A stretch of DNA of 64,000 nucleotides from an uncultured Planctomycetota bacterium. GTDB lineage: Bacteria > Planctomycetota > Planctomycetia > Isosphaerales > Isosphaeraceae. Shown piece by piece: positions 52,301-64,000 of the stretch (position 1 is the stretch's first letter; every line of letters begins with the position of its first letter). The stretch is from assembly GCA_963845755.1 (NCBI GenBank), contig CAWJTV010000020.1:416001-480000 (forward strand), read 5' to 3'. The notes under the pieces were generated by a model. The model had not been told where the DNA came from. It worked only from the letters and a program-made list of their open reading frames with translations, and did not search any database. The translations under genes were made by a program, and so were the position numbers.

Positions 52301-55300
52301 ATGCCAATCGACCCGAAACGCGTGCAGGCCATCTTCCTGGCGGCGGTTGAACATCAGGACCCCGCCGATCGCGCTGCGATTCTGGACCGTGAATGCTCGA
52401 CCGATTCGGAGTTGCGGCAAAGCGTTGAGGCACTCCTGCGGTCTCACGACGAACCGGATAGCTTCCTCGATCAGCCGTTCGTCGATCACGCCGACCGGTC
52501 GTGGGTCAACATTGTTCGACGCGATGGGGGCGCCGCACCGAAACCGATTGCCAATTCGCCCCACAATAGCACCCCCGCTCAACCCCGCGAGCCGGCGCCG
52601 GGCGTTACCGACAAGACAGCCGCCCCACTTCTGATCGCGGAGGTGGCCGGGAATCATATCGGCCCCTACAAGCTGCTCCAAAAGATCGGCGAGGGGGGCA
52701 TGGGCGCGGTCTACATGGCCGAGCAAGAGACGCCGGTCCGACGACGGGTCGCGCTCAAGATCATCAGACCTGGAATGGATAGCGAGCCAGTCATCGCCCG
52801 GTTCGAGGCCGAGCGCCAGGCCCTGGCCATGATGGATCATCAGAACATCGCACGCGTGCTCGAGGTGGGGACGACCGCCACCGGCCGGCCCTTCTTCGTC
52901 ATGGAGCTGGTGCATGGAGTGTCGATCACGGAGTATTGCAACCGGAGCCAGCTCACGACGAAGGAGCGTCTCGAACTCTTCATCCCCGTATGTCAGGCGA
53001 TTCAACACGCCCACCAGAACGGGATCATCCACCGTGACATCAAGCCCTCGAATATCCTGGTTACCCTCTACGACGGGAAGCCCGTCGCCAAGGTGATCGA
53101 TTTCGGCGTCGCCAAGGCGATCGAGCAACGACTGACCGAACGGACTTTGTTCACGCAATACGGGACGATCGTTGGCACGTTCGAATACATGAGTCCCGAG
53201 CAGGCGGAGATGAGCGCACTCTCCGTTGACACTCGCAGTGATATCTACTCGCTGGGAGTCCTCTTGTATGAATTGCTGACAGGGACCACGCCGTTAGAAC
53301 GACAAACGATGATCGGGTCGGCCTATTCGGAGATCCTGCGCCGCATCCGCGAGGAGGAGCCTCCCAAGCCCAGCTCCCGATTGAAGGAGTCGAGGGAGAC
53401 ACTTCCCGCGATCTCAACCCAACGCAAGACGGAACCGGCGCGGCTGACGAAGCTGATGCGAGGCGAGCTGGATTGGATCGTGATGAAGGCACTCGAGAAG
53501 GATCGGACCCGTCGCTATGAAACGGCGAGCGGGTTCGGTCGCGACATCCAACGATTCCTGGACGGCGAAGTCGTCAGTGCCTGCCCGCCATCGGCTGCCT
53601 ACCGGCTCCGGAAGTTCGCCCGGAGGAATTACGCGGCGCTCGTGACCGTTGCTCTGTTCGTGGTGCTCTTGCTCGTCGGGGCCGTGCTCAGCATCTGGCA
53701 GGCGACCCGGGCCACGAAGGCGGAAGCCGTGGCGATCCGTCAGGCCGAACGCGCGATCGCCGCGGAGGAGCAATCACGGCTCGAGCGCGATCGGGCTCTG
53801 GTGGCCGAGGTCCAGGCGAAGGCCGAGAGTGAGAAGGCCAGGCGGTCGGCGGCCGAGGCGCGCAGCGTCCTCAGCTTTTTCCAGGACCACGTCCTGTCGG
53901 CCCCGCGCCCGGAGGGCATGGAAGGGGCGCTTGGCAAGGACGTGACCATCCGCAAGGCGCTCGACGCCTCGGAGCCGAAGATTGCGGCCGCGTTCCCCGG
54001 CCAGCCGGGTATCGAGGCGGAGGTGCGGACGGTCCTGGGCGACACGTATTACTACCTGGGAGAGCCGGCGGTCGCGCGTACGACAGCGGGAACGGGTCCT
54101 TGCGCTTCGATCGACCGAACTCGGTCCGGACCATCCCGATACCATGAAGTCCCGGACAAGTTTGGCCCTGGCCTACTGGGCCGCCGGCCAAGTGGATCGG
54201 GCCATACCCATGCTCGAGCGCACGGTGCCGGAGCAGGCGGCTAGGCTCGGCCCGGACCATCCCGATACGCTCACCAGCCAGAATCATCTCGCGCTGCTCT
54301 ATCAGGCTACGAGCGCGTTTGACCGTTCAATTGCGCTGCTCGAACGGACTGTAAGGGCACGCCGGACCGTCCTTGGGGCCGACCACCCCGACACACTCCT
54401 GAGCCAGTCCTATCTGGCCAATTCCTATCGCGTTGCCGGCTACCTCGATCGTGCCTTGCCATTGATCAAGCAAACCGTGGAGGCTCAATCATCCAGGTTG
54501 GGGGGCGACCACCCCGATACGATCACGGCCCGGAACACCCTCGCCAACGTCTACCGCGACATGGGTCAGTATGACAAGGCCATCCCGATCGCGGAGAAGA
54601 CGCTGGCGATGGGAGTACCCAAGCTTGGCCCGGAACACCCCAGGCTTCTCATCACCTTGAGTCTCCTGGCGATGTCTTATCAGGCGAGCGGATGGTTGGA
54701 CCGATCGATCCCACTCTTCCAGCGCGCGGTGGCGGTCCAGTCGGCCCGGATCGGTCCTGACCATCCGGAGACCCTCAGCACGCAGACCCGCCTCGCCTCG
54801 GCCTACAGAGACATCGGGCGGCATGACCTCGCGCTCACGATCCTCGAGAAGGCCGTACCGACGCTGGCGGCGAAATTGGGTCGGGAGAACATCAGGACCT
54901 TGATCGCCATGAACATCCTCGCCGACACCTATCGGTGCGCCGGTCAGTGGGATCGCTCGATCTCGCTCCTGGAGCGAAATCTCGTGGACCTATCGGCCAA
55001 GCTTGGTCCGGACCATGCTGAGACGCTCATCGCCCAGGACTACCTGGCCAAGGCTTATTGCGACGCCCGCCGGCACGAGCAGGCGCTTCCATTGCTGGAG
55101 CGCAATCTGGCCATGCGGATGGCCAAGCTCGGGGCCGACCATCCCGCCACCCTGGCGACGCGCCTCGATCTGGGGGAAGCGTTGCAAATGCGGGGCGACT
55201 TCACCAGGGCCGAGTTAACGTTCCGCGAGGCTCACGCCGTACTCATTGAGAAACTGGGTCCCCACCACCCCGAGGTCGCCCGGGCACTCATCGCAATGGC

Positions 55301-55649
55301 TCGCGGACTTCTGAGGTCGCGGAAGTGGGCCGAGGCCGAACGCCTGCTCGACAACGCCCTGGCCATCCTGGACGAGCGGTGCCCCGATCATTGGACACGG
55401 TTCAATGTCCAGAGCCTGCTGGGCCAGAGCCTGCTGGGCCAGGGAAGATTTGCCGAGGCCGAACCGCGTCTCGTCGCCGGTTTCGAGGGCCTCATCGCCC
55501 GCGAGGCGAGGATCCCGGCGTCGGGAAAAACCGACTTGACCGAGGCTGGCGAGCGGACCGTGAAGCTCTACGAAGCCTGGGGAAAGCCTGAGAAGGCCGC
55601 GGCGTGGCGTGCCAAGCTGGTCCCGCCGCCCACCCGGGCCGCACAGTAA
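52301..55649 (+). CDS. membrane Ser/Thr kinase with C-terminal TPR repeats (frameshift ~54075)
   Basis: GEGGMGAV, HRDIKPSN, DFG, YMSPEQ, TM helix; repeated LGPDHPDT TPR units in ORF 53982..55649. Confidence 0.92.
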
Positions 55650-55790
55650 TCGGTGGGGCCACGGCCCCATCCGCATTGGCTTGAGATGAACACACTGGAG
55701 GTGCCGGCGATTCACCGGAATCGCTCGCAGCGCAATGACGCCGAATTCTGCTCAGGACTCCTCATATGAACGTCTCACGGAGACACGCAC

Positions 55791-56780
55791 ATGGATTCAC
55801 TCACCTCGACCGATGCGAACGTGAATGCGACGCGACCACGCGCACTTCCATGGCCGGTGGTCGATGTTCCGGCCCCGGTGCTGGCGGTGTTCCGGGGCAT
55901 CGGGCAAGTCTTCTTCCAGGAGAACGCCCTGACGGGTGCTCTCTTCACACTAGGGATAGCCATAAGCTCACCCCTGATGGCGGTCGGTGCGGTCGTCGGG
56001 TCGGCGATCGGCACAGCAACGGGTTGGGTCCTGAAGCTCGACAAATCGGAGGGTCTCGCCGGGATCTACGGCTTTAACTCCGCACTGGTCGGGATCGCCA
56101 CGCTCTTCTTCTTCCGCCCGGGGACGACGAGTATCGGCCTGCTCATCGTCGGCTGCGTCGTGGCGGCGCTGGTGACCTGCCTGGCGCGGCGATACGTGCC
56201 TTTCCCGACGTACACCGCGCCGTTCATCGTGACCACCTGGGCGCTGTTTTTCCTCGGGCAGGCACTGGGGGCGACCCGTGCCGATCCGGGGGGGCTCTGG
56301 AAGGAGTCGGCATCCTCGGGTCGGTCGCGCACGGAGTCAGCCAGGTCATGTTCCAGGCGAGCATCTGGACGGCGCTGCTGTTCCTCGTCGGCATCGCCCT
56401 GAGCGACTGGAAGCACGCGTCATGGGTCCTGCTGGCATCGGCCCTCGGCATGCTGTTGGGGAGCTACCATGTGACCGCCGCGGTGAGGGCTCTCGACCCC
56501 GAAAGCCTGGTCGATCGCTCGCCTATTCGAGAACGTCGCCTTGGGACTGTACGGTTACAACGCGACGCTGGCGGCCGTCGCCCTGTTCCTCTGGAGGCGG
56601 TCGTTCATCGCTCCCTTGTTGGGCATTCTTCTCTCGGTCCCGCTCACCGAGCTGATCCCGCTCGTCGGGCTGCCCGCCCTGACCGCACCGTTCGTCCTTG
56701 CGACGTGGCTGGTCCTGGCGTTCGGCTGGCTCGAGAGACGGCTTCTCGGCAAGAGCAGCACAATATCGGCGACGGGATGA
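55791..56780 (+). CDS. urea transporter (UT family), frameshifts ~56295 and ~56525
   Basis: RGIGQVFFQEN, GIYGFN, YTAPF; second repeat QVMFQ, GLYGYN, LPALTAPF. Confidence 0.88.
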
Positions 56781-56853
56781 AATGCCGTCAGGCTGCCACC
56801 CGGCGCCCGGTCGTGAACGTCTTCCGTATTCCCCGTCCCTTGGAGTTTGATCC

Positions 56854-57156
56854 ATGAATCTGTCACCGCAAGAGCGAGACAAGGCGCTGATCTACGTGAT
56901 CGGCCAGGTTGCCAAGGACCGCAAACGGCGCGGCCTGAAGCTCAACGTCCCCGAGGCCACGGCCTTGATCACAGCCGAGCTCCTGGAGCTGGCACGGGAC
57001 GGCAAGTCCGTTGCCGAGATCATGGCTGCCGGCCGCGAAATCCTCAAGCGTAGCGACGTCATGGAGGGCGTCCCGGAGATGATCGCGATGATCCAGGTCG
57101 AGCCGACCTTCCGCGACGGCAGCAAGCTGGTCACGATCCACGACCCGATCCGTTGA
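56854..57156 (+). CDS. ureA: urease gamma subunit
   Basis: [10 protein letters not shown]...[10 protein letters not shown]...[15 protein letters not shown]. Confidence 0.96.
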   Translation: MNLSPQERDKALIYVIGQVAKDRKRRGLKLNVPEATALITAELLELARDGKSVAEIMAAGREILKRSDVMEGVPEMIAMIQVEPTFRDGSKLVTIHDPIR

Positions 57157-57203
57157 CGGTCGGCGCTAGTTCTTGATACCCGCAATTCCTGGGAGGCAGA
57201 ACC

Positions 57204-57581
57204 ATGATTCCTGGCGAGTTCTTGTTCGACAAACCCGACCTCGAGCTCAACGCGGGCCGTCCCGTCGTCACGCTCACCGTCAACAATACGGGGGACCGGC
57301 CGGTTCAGATCGGTGCCCATTACCACTTCTTCGAGGTCAACAGGGCCCTGATCTTCGACCGGGTGAAGGCGTACGGCATGCGGCTCGACCTGCCGAGCGG
57401 CACGTCCGCACGGTTCGAGCCCGGCGACACCAAGGAAGTCCGTCTGATCCCCTACAGCGGCCGCCGGGTGGTGTACGGGTTCAATGCCCTGGTCAGCGGC
57501 CGGCTGGACGACCCTCACACCCGCGAGACCAGTCTGAAGCGATGCCTCGATCAGAAATATGGCCATAAACCATCCCAGTGA
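57204..57581 (+). CDS. ureB: urease beta subunit
   Basis: MIPGE...[19 protein letters not shown]...RFEPG. Confidence 0.96.
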   Translation: MIPGEFLFDKPDLELNAGRPVVTLTVNNTGDRPVQIGAHYHFFEVNRALIFDRVKAYGMRLDLPSGTSARFEPGDTKEVRLIPYSGRRVVYGFNALVSGRLDDPHTRETSLKRCLDQKYGHKPSQ

Positions 57582-57635
57582 CACGGCGGACCTCACGATC
57601 GTATCCCATTCCGAACAACCCGAGGGCACCGACCC

Positions 57636-59357
57636 ATGAGCGTGAAACTCTCGCGAAAAGCCTACGCCAAGAAGTACGGCCCAACGGTCGGCGACCGCAT
57701 CCGGCTGGCCGACACCGAGCTGATCATCGAGATCGAGCACGACTACACCGACTACGGCGAGGAATCGATCTTCGGCGGCGGAAAGTCGATCCGTGACGGG
57801 CAGGATCAATGCCCGATCGAAGATGTGATGGGTCCCGAACACTGCGACCTGGTCATCACCAACGCCGTGATCATCGACCACTGGGGGATTGTCAAGGGTG
57901 ACATCGGCATTCGAGGCGGCCGCATCGTGGCGGTCGGCAAGTCTGGGAACCCGCTGACGCAATCCGGTGTTGACCCGAGGCTGGTCATCGGGCCGGGCAC
58001 CGAAATCATTGCGGGCGAGGGCAAGATCTGTACGGCGGGTGGCATCGACACCCACATCCACTTCATCTGCCCGCAGCAGATCGAGGTCGCCATCGCCAGC
58101 GGCATTACCACACTGATCGGCGGTGGAACCGGATCGGCGACGGGGACCTGGGCAACAACCTGCACGCCCGGCCCGTGGAACATCATGCGAATGCTCCAGG
58201 CATTCGAAGGGCTGGCGATCAACGTGGGGATCCTCGGCAAGGGCAACGGCAGCGTGCCGAGGCCCCTGTGCAAGCAAATCGAGGCCGGAGCCTGCGGGCT
58301 GAAGCTCCACGAGGACTGGGGCACCACACCCGCCGTGATCGACACCAGCTTGTCAGTGGCCGACGAATACGACATTCAGATCGCCATCCACACCGACACG
58401 CTCAACGAGTCGGGTTTCATCGACGATTCGATCGCGGCGATCAAGGGGCGGGCAATTCACAGCTTCCACACCGAGGGTGCCGGCGGCGGCCATGCCCCGG
58501 ACATCATCAAGATCGCCGGGCTGCCCAACGTGCTCCCCTCGAGCACGAACCCCACTCGCCCGTTCACCGTCAACACGATCGACGAGCATCTCGACATGCT
58601 GATGGTCTGCCATCACCTGTCGCGGGACATTCCCGAGGACGTGGCGTTCGCCGAGAGCCGCATCCGGGCCGAGACCATCGGCGCCGAGGACGTCTTCCAC
58701 GACCGCGGCATCATCAGCATGATGAGCTCGGACTCACAAGCGATGGGCCGTATCGGCGAGGCGATCGTCCGGTGCTGGCAGACGGCCCACAAGATGAAAG
58801 TGCAGCTCGGCCCCCTGGCCGGCGACAGCTCGCGCAACGACAACGAGCGCGTCAAGCGGTACGTCGCCAAATACACGATCAACCCGGCGGTCACGCATGG
58901 CATCGCCCAGCACGTCGGGAGTATCGAGGGCGGCAAACTGGCCGACCTGGTGCTGTACGAGCCGGCGAACTTCGGTGTGAAACCCTTCCTGATCCTCAAG
59001 GGAGGCCTCATCGTCGCCGCCCAGATGGGCGACCCCAACGCCAGCATCGCCACGCCGCAGCCCGTGTACATGCGACCTCAGTTCGCCGCCTACGGCCGGG
59101 CGCTGTCCAAGTCCTGTCTGAGCTTCGTCTCGAAGGTCTCGCTGGACAAGGGGATCGTCGATCGCTACGGCCTCGAGCGCGAGGTCGTGGCCGTCGAGAA
59201 CTGCCGTGACATCGGCAAGAAGGACATGCATCGTAACGAGGCAACTCCTGAGATCCGCGTGGACCCGGACACCTACCAGGTCTGGGTCAACGGCGAGAAG
59301 GTCAGCAGCGAACCGCTCGAGGAGCTGCCGATGTCTCAACTTTACTTCGTATTCTGA
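57636..59357 (+). CDS. ureC: urease alpha subunit
   Basis: [40 protein letters not shown]. Confidence 0.98.
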   Translation: MSVKLSRKAYAKKYGPTVGDRIRLADTELIIEIEHDYTDYGEESIFGGGKSIRDGQDQCPIEDVMGPEHCDLVITNAVIIDHWGIVKGDIGIRGGRIVAVGKSGNPLTQSGVDPRLVIGPGTEIIAGEGKICTAGGIDTHIHFICPQQIEVAIASGITTLIGGGTGSATGTWATTCTPGPWNIMRMLQAFEGLAINVGILGKGNGSVPRPLCKQIEAGACGLKLHEDWGTTPAVIDTSLSVADEYDIQIAIHTDTLNESGFIDDSIAAIKGRAIHSFHTEGAGGGHAPDIIKIAGLPNVLPSSTNPTRPFTVNTIDEHLDMLMVCHHLSRDIPEDVAFAESRIRAETIGAEDVFHDRGIISMMSSDSQAMGRIGEAIVRCWQTAHKMKVQLGPLAGDSSRNDNERVKRYVAKYTINPAVTHGIAQHVGSIEGGKLADLVLYEPANFGVKPFLILKGGLIVAAQMGDPNASIATPQPVYMRPQFAAYGRALSKSCLSFVSKVSLDKGIVDRYGLEREVVAVENCRDIGKKDMHRNEATPEIRVDPDTYQVWVNGEKVSSEPLEELPMSQLYFVF

Positions 59358-59425
59358 AACGACGTCGCCGCGCCGGCGGGGATGCCTACCGCCGGTGCCT
59401 CCTCAGGTCGAGACCGCAGATTTCA

Positions 59426-60106
59426 ATGAATCTCCACTTGCTTCAGCTTGCCGATTCGGCCCTCCCGATCGGCGGCTATACTCACTCCTGGGGGTTGGAG
59501 GCGGCGATCGCTCAAAGGCGAGTCCGCGACCCCGCGACCCTGGAGCGATGGACAGTTCGTTGGCTACGAACCTGCCTGGGGCCGCTCGAGGGTGTGCTCG
59601 TCGCCTCGGCTTGCCGTGCGGCCCGCGCAGGCAAGCCCTTCGATCTACGAGCTCTGAATCACCTTGCCGAAGCATCGATCATTCCCCCCTCGATACGCAC
59701 AGCCAGTCGAGAGATGGGCGAGCAACTCCTGGCTTTGGGGGCGACGTGGGCCTGGTGTGCCGCGGGGCTTGCGCCGTTCCTGCCGGAGGGAACCGACGAA
59801 TCTGACGGCTGGCACCACCCGATCTCGTTCGGCCTGCTCGGGGCACTCGCGGGTGGCGATCCCGAGGACGTGGTGACGGCCTACCTGCACCAGGCGGCGC
59901 TGGGAATGATCGGCGCCGGGGTCCGCGCCATCCCTGTCGGTCACACGCATGGCCAGCAAGTGCTGGCCTATCTTCACGACGAGATTGAAAGCCTGACTCA
60001 GGAAATCCAAGGCCGCGAGCCGGAGACGGCCGGCGCCGGCTGCCCCTTCTACGAGATCCTTTGCGATGACCAAACTCGACTTTATGCTCGGATGTTCCGC
60101 TCTTGA
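59426..60106 (+). CDS. ureF: urease accessory protein UreF
   Basis: [20 protein letters not shown]; terminal RMFRS. Confidence 0.92.
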   Translation: MNLHLLQLADSALPIGGYTHSWGLEAAIAQRRVRDPATLERWTVRWLRTCLGPLEGVLVASACRAARAGKPFDLRALNHLAEASIIPPSIRTASREMGEQLLALGATWAWCAAGLAPFLPEGTDESDGWHHPISFGLLGALAGGDPEDVVTAYLHQAALGMIGAGVRAIPVGHTHGQQVLAYLHDEIESLTQEIQGREPETAGAGCPFYEILCDDQTRLYARMFRS

Positions 60107-60119
60107 CGATCGGTCGGAC

Positions 60120-60860
60120 ATGCTGGGATGGTGCCCTGGACGCCATCGCCGGCGCTTCCGGGCGGGTGTTGTCTTCCACAAGGACCACGGCCACTCCCAC
60201 GACCACATGGGCAGGGCCGGCCCCGCTCGCTACGCGGGGCCCACGCGAAAGGTCTATACCCTCGGTGTGGCCGGCCCGGTGGGCTCGGGCAAGACCGCGC
60301 TGGTGGAGATGCTCTGCCGCGCTCTCTGGCCGGAGGTCAACCTTGCCGTCATCACCAACGACATCTACACCCACGAGGATGCCGAGTTCCTCTCGCGGCG
60401 CGAGGTGCTGCCGGTGGAGCGGATCGTCGGCGTCCAGACCGGCGGTTGCCCACACACGGCCATCCGCGACGACGCCAGCGCCAATCTGAGCGCCGTGGCG
60501 AATTTTCAGCGTCAGTTTCCCGGTCTCGAGCTGGTCCTGGTCGAGTCGGGCGGCGACAACCTCACAGCCGTCTTCTCGCGCGAGCTGGCCGACCGCTTTA
60601 TCTTCGTCATCGACGTGGCCGAGGGGGACAAGATCCCCCGCAAGGGAGGGCCGGGCATTTGCAACAGCGACTTGCTGGTCATCAACAAGATCGACCTGGC
60701 CCCGCACGTCGGGGCCGACCTGGACGTCATGCGACGCGACAGCCTGAAGATGCGGGGCGAGCGGCCGTTCCTCATGGTCAGCCTTCGGCAGAAGGAAGGG
60801 ATCGCGGAGGTCATCCGGTGGGTTCGCGAGCAGTTCGCATCACGCGCGACGAGCTCGTGA
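60120..60860 (+). CDS. ureG: urease accessory GTPase UreG with His-rich N-terminus; start uncertain
   Basis: [34 protein letters not shown]. Confidence 0.95.
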   Translation: MLGWCPGRHRRRFRAGVVFHKDHGHSHDHMGRAGPARYAGPTRKVYTLGVAGPVGSGKTALVEMLCRALWPEVNLAVITNDIYTHEDAEFLSRREVLPVERIVGVQTGGCPHTAIRDDASANLSAVANFQRQFPGLELVLVESGGDNLTAVFSRELADRFIFVIDVAEGDKIPRKGGPGICNSDLLVINKIDLAPHVGADLDVMRRDSLKMRGERPFLMVSLRQKEGIAEVIRWVREQFASRATSS

Positions 60861-61761
60861 CGCCGCCCGAGTTCCGGGGCCTGCACCCGACCGGGCACCA
60901 GGCCGCGCGGGTCGGTGGCGCACGCATCGAGCTCGTCCGCGTCGGCGACGAGACCCGCCTGGGGACTTGCTACCAGCAGGTCCCCGTCCGCCTGATGCCG
61001 CCGTTCGTCCTGGACTCGGAGCCAGCATCCTTGCTGTACCTGATCAACCTCACTGCCGGCCTGATGGATGGCGACGGCCACTGCGTCGAGATCACGGCGC
61101 GGGCGGGCACGCAGGCCGTCGTGACCGGCCAGTCAGCCACCCGGATTCATCCGGCCGTGGCCAGTTACGCAACCCAGCAATGGACCATCGAGGTCGAGGA
61201 CGATGCGTGTTTGGTCGTCCTGCCGGGACCGGCGATCCCGTTCCGAGGTAGCCGCTATTATCAGCGCGGCCGCGTCGAGCTCGCCCCCCGCACCGGTTGA
61301 TCTGGGGCGACATCTGGCTGGCAGGTCGCTACGACCGCGGCGAGCTGTCGGAGCGGTTCCAGTTCGATCGGATTGTCCAGGACTTCGAGGTCCGTCGCGC
61401 GGACCAACTGGTGTATCGGGATCGCTTCCGATGGGACGGCCCCTGGACCTCGGAGGACGCCGACTGGTTCTTCGGCGGCGCCCTCGCCTCGGCCAGCCTG
61501 TTCATCGCCGGGCCGGTGTCGGAGCCCGTTGCCGAGGTCGGCCCGACCCTGCGGCGTTCGGTCTTTCGGCTCGGCAATGGCGAATGGTGCATTCGATGGT
61601 GCGGCCACCCGTCGGCCGTCACGACCGACCTCGTGCATCACGCGTTGCGGCTGGCTGCGAGCTCGACCGACGGCTACGAGGCCCATCCCTGGCTGCTTGC
61701 GTCGTCCGGCCTTGCCCCCAACCACTGGTTCTCGACACCGGTAGAAAAATCAGGGGAGTGA
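60818..61761 (+). CDS. ureD: urease accessory protein UreD (frameshift ~61290); start uncertain
   Basis: [37 protein letters not shown]; then [10 protein letters not shown]...ERFQF. Confidence 0.88.
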
Positions 61762-61959
61762 GACAATGTCAGAGAAGGACGAATCCCCACGCCACAGAAA
61801 ATCGGTGGTATCGTCGCGTGGCAATGCCGGTACAATCGAAGGGTGCAGTAAGGTCGGTGGCCACCTCACTGCCGTGTCGCTCGACCGGCAAGCGGACGTT
61901 CAACCTGTCCAACCGGCTGTCGTGGGGGAGGCCGGGGCTTCGTTTATGAGGAGGCGAAT

Positions 61960-63012
61960 GTGCCGATAATCTTGGAACGACGGAGCGGCGTGAGACGATG
62001 GGTCGCGCCATTGCTGATGGTCGTCTCCATCGCGATCGGGTTGGTCGCCGTCTCGGGAGCGACCGATCCTCAAGACGGGCAGAAGGCTCAGGCAGCGACT
62101 CCTACACCTCCGGGCGAAGTGGAGATCCGCAACGTACTCAAAGCTGTGACTGACGCCTACAACCAGGCCGACGCCAAGGGGCTCGCGGCTCGATTCACCG
62201 ACGACGCTGAACTCTTCGACCAGGACGGGCAAGTCGTTCGGGGGCGTGACTCGATCGGCCGACATTACGCCCAGGCGTTCGGCAATGGACCGACGTGCAA
62301 GATCTCGGGAAAGGTCGAATCGGTCCACTTTCTGTCCCCCGACGTCGCCTCGGTCGTGGGCCGGTTCCAACTTGAGGACGAGAAAGGCACTGCGCTCTCC
62401 TCGGGTAGTTACAGCCTGATCGCCGTTCGGAAGGGAGACCAGTGGCGGCTGGCCGAGCTTCGCGACGGCGCGACCACGACCGTTGAGTCCTCGGAAAAGG
62501 GAGGACCGCTCCGAGACCTCGAATGGCTGATCGGCGACTGGGTTGATGAGGGCGAGGATGGCAAGGTCGCGTCCACAGTGCGCTGGGACGAGGGTCGGAA
62601 GTTCCTGGTTCGCAAGTACTCGGTCCAGATCGATGGCGAACCCAACTGGAGCGGGACGCAGTGGATCGGTTGGGATCCGCAAGCGAAGCAAATCCGGTCG
62701 TGGGTCTTCGACTCCGATGGAGACTTCGGCCAAGGACAGTGGACCCGCTCGGGCAACGCCTGGATCGTCAAGGCAAGCGGGATCTCAGGCGACGGTCTCA
62801 CGACGTCGGCAACTCAGGTCATCGAGCCGGTCAACAAGGACGCCGTCAAGATGCAATCGACCGACCGCATCGTCGGTACCGAACTGCTCCCCGATCTGGA
62901 GGAGGTCGTGATGGTCCGTAAGCCACCATCGGCCGATTCCGACCGGCCGACGCCCGCCACGGAGCGAAATCCGCCGGCAGGGGTATTGGATCCCAAGAGC
63001 GATCGGCCTTGA
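61960..63012 (+). CDS. exported NTF2-like (SgcJ/EcaC, DUF4440) domain protein
   Basis: AYNQADAKGLAARFTDDA, GRDSI, WRLAELRD; second domain LEWLIGDW, IGWDP...IRSWVFDS. Confidence 0.82.
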   Translation: MPIILERRSGVRRWVAPLLMVVSIAIGLVAVSGATDPQDGQKAQAATPTPPGEVEIRNVLKAVTDAYNQADAKGLAARFTDDAELFDQDGQVVRGRDSIGRHYAQAFGNGPTCKISGKVESVHFLSPDVASVVGRFQLEDEKGTALSSGSYSLIAVRKGDQWRLAELRDGATTTVESSEKGGPLRDLEWLIGDWVDEGEDGKVASTVRWDEGRKFLVRKYSVQIDGEPNWSGTQWIGWDPQAKQIRSWVFDSDGDFGQGQWTRSGNAWIVKASGISGDGLTTSATQVIEPVNKDAVKMQSTDRIVGTELLPDLEEVVMVRKPPSADSDRPTPATERNPPAGVLDPKSDRP

Positions 63013-63123
63013 TTTCGAGCCAACCCGTATCGATTGGCGTCCTGGGTTCCAGCTTCCCGGCGGCCCTCGGCGAAAAATCGATCTGTCGTCCATCATGTAG
63101 GTATCATCGCGAGGCTCGTTGTC

Positions 63124-64000
63124 ATGGGCGCTTCTTGGAAACTGATCCTGGCTTTCGCCTTGTGTTTGACTTGCATGGAACCGACCTACGGCCAGCGGAG
63201 GGGCGGGGGAGGAGGAGGCCGTTCGGGAGGGGGAGGAGCTCGTTACGGAGGGGGAGGTGCCGGAGGTGGCCGATCGGCGGGACGGGCTGGAGGCGGAATG
63301 ACCAGTCCCTCGACTCGCCCGAGCGCGTCACGCTCTTATGGCGGGGGCGCCGGATCGGCCTACCGGCCCAACGCGGGTGGGACGAACCGGCCCTCGCAAC
63401 GTCCGAGCGCGACGCCCGGGCAATACGGATCTGGCTCGACGAATCGACCTGGGACGGGCGGGATGACCCGACCCTCGCCCTTGCCGGGTGGCGGCTACCG
63501 CCCCGATTCGGGTGGTGGTGGCCTCACTCGTCCGGGAGGTGGTAACCGACCCGGTTCGGGCGATTATCGTCCGGGTTCCGGTGGCAATCGTCCCGGCCTG
63601 GGCGACTACCGTCCGAGTGTGGGTGGTAATCGGCCTGGAGCCGGAGGCGATCGTCCTGGCCTGGGCGACTATCGTCCGGGTGCGAGCGGCAATCGTCCCG
63701 GCCTCGGTGATTATCGACCCGGTGCCGGTAGTAATCGTCCCGGATCGGGCAACTCTCGTCCTGGTCGGCCCGACTATGGCGACAACCTCGGGATGGTCAA
63801 CCGGCCGAATCCCGGAAACTTTCGCCCCGGTGGAGGTCTGGGAGGCGGCTGGTTCGGCAATAACAACACCCTCATCGTCAACAACGGCTGGGGTGGCGTC
63901 CGGAGGTGGCCCCGCCACGGCTGGGGATTCCCCAATTCCCGCTTCCATGGCAACTGGTATCGAGGGAGTTGGGGGCGAAACCACTTCGGTGGCTGGTTCG
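63124..64000 (+). CDS. exported Gly-rich repeat protein, partial (runs off the window)
   Basis: Frame open from ATG 63124: MGASWKLILAFALCLTC...QRRGGGGGG..., RPGxGxx repeats, ...HGNWYRGSWG; absent from the ORF track as it has no stop in the window. Confidence 0.8.
   Translation, partial: MGASWKLILAFALCLTCMEPTYGQRRGGGGGGRSGGGGARYGGGGAGGGRSAGRAGGGMTSPSTRPSASRSYGGGAGSAYRPNAGGTNRPSQRPSATPGQYGSGSTNRPGTGGMTRPSPLPGGGYRPDSGGGGLTRPGGGNRPGSGDYRPGSGGNRPGLGDYRPSVGGNRPGAGGDRPGLGDYRPGASGNRPGLGDYRPGAGSNRPGSGNSRPGRPDYGDNLGMVNRPNPGNFRPGGGLGGGWFGNNNTLIVNNGWGGVRRWPRHGWGFPNSRFHGNWYRGSWGRNHFGGWF
63528..63765 (+). repeat. degenerate coding 21-nt tandem repeat (RPGxGxx heptapeptide)
   Basis: Recurring cgtccggg/cgtcccggcctgggcgactat units giving RPGSGDY, RPGSGGN, RPGLGDY. 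Confidence 0.75.

Noticed and set aside
56892..58310. 472-aa minus-strand ORF and similar long antisense ORFs (e.g. 19596..20639, 49377..50540)
   Set aside because: Shadow frames of clear genes (urease, desaturase, porin), expected in GC-rich DNA.

Overview
GC-rich bacterial DNA whose gene content (DUF1501/DUF1800 proteins, ECF sigma factor-Ser/Thr kinase pairs, an LETRVVLS-type motif protein, a Gly-rich surface protein) points to a planctomycete, probably Isosphaeraceae-like (inference). Many otherwise intact genes carry frameshifts, most likely assembly indels. The standout region is ~15.6-35.1 kb. Two clusters of CCA-less, partly non-canonical tRNA genes (Pro, Lys, Ile-UAU, Ile-GAU and a 5' half of Lys-CUU; then a 3' half-tRNA, Ala, Arg, Val, His, Trp) are each preceded by a paralogous 33-codon leader ORF (MxGVCQxL...RC*). 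Each leader's stop codon overlaps an antiterminator strand competing with an intrinsic terminator, suggesting a translation-sensing attenuator for tRNA arrays. Between the clusters lie ~18 kb of accessory genes: three copies of a ~108-nt structured, terminator-ending leader RNA I cannot assign to a known family (linked to DUF2294/MpsC genes and remnants), a two-desaturase/hemolysin-III operon, a His-rich peptide, CsbD, AlgI/AlgJ-like acetylation genes and a TetA-like pump. The rest holds a DUF1800/DUF1501 operon, a ygiB/ygiC-like pair, fliW-csrA, thiC and a porin-carbonic anhydrase-(ECF/kinase)-urea transporter-urease cluster. All calls come from reading the sequence; no searches were run.
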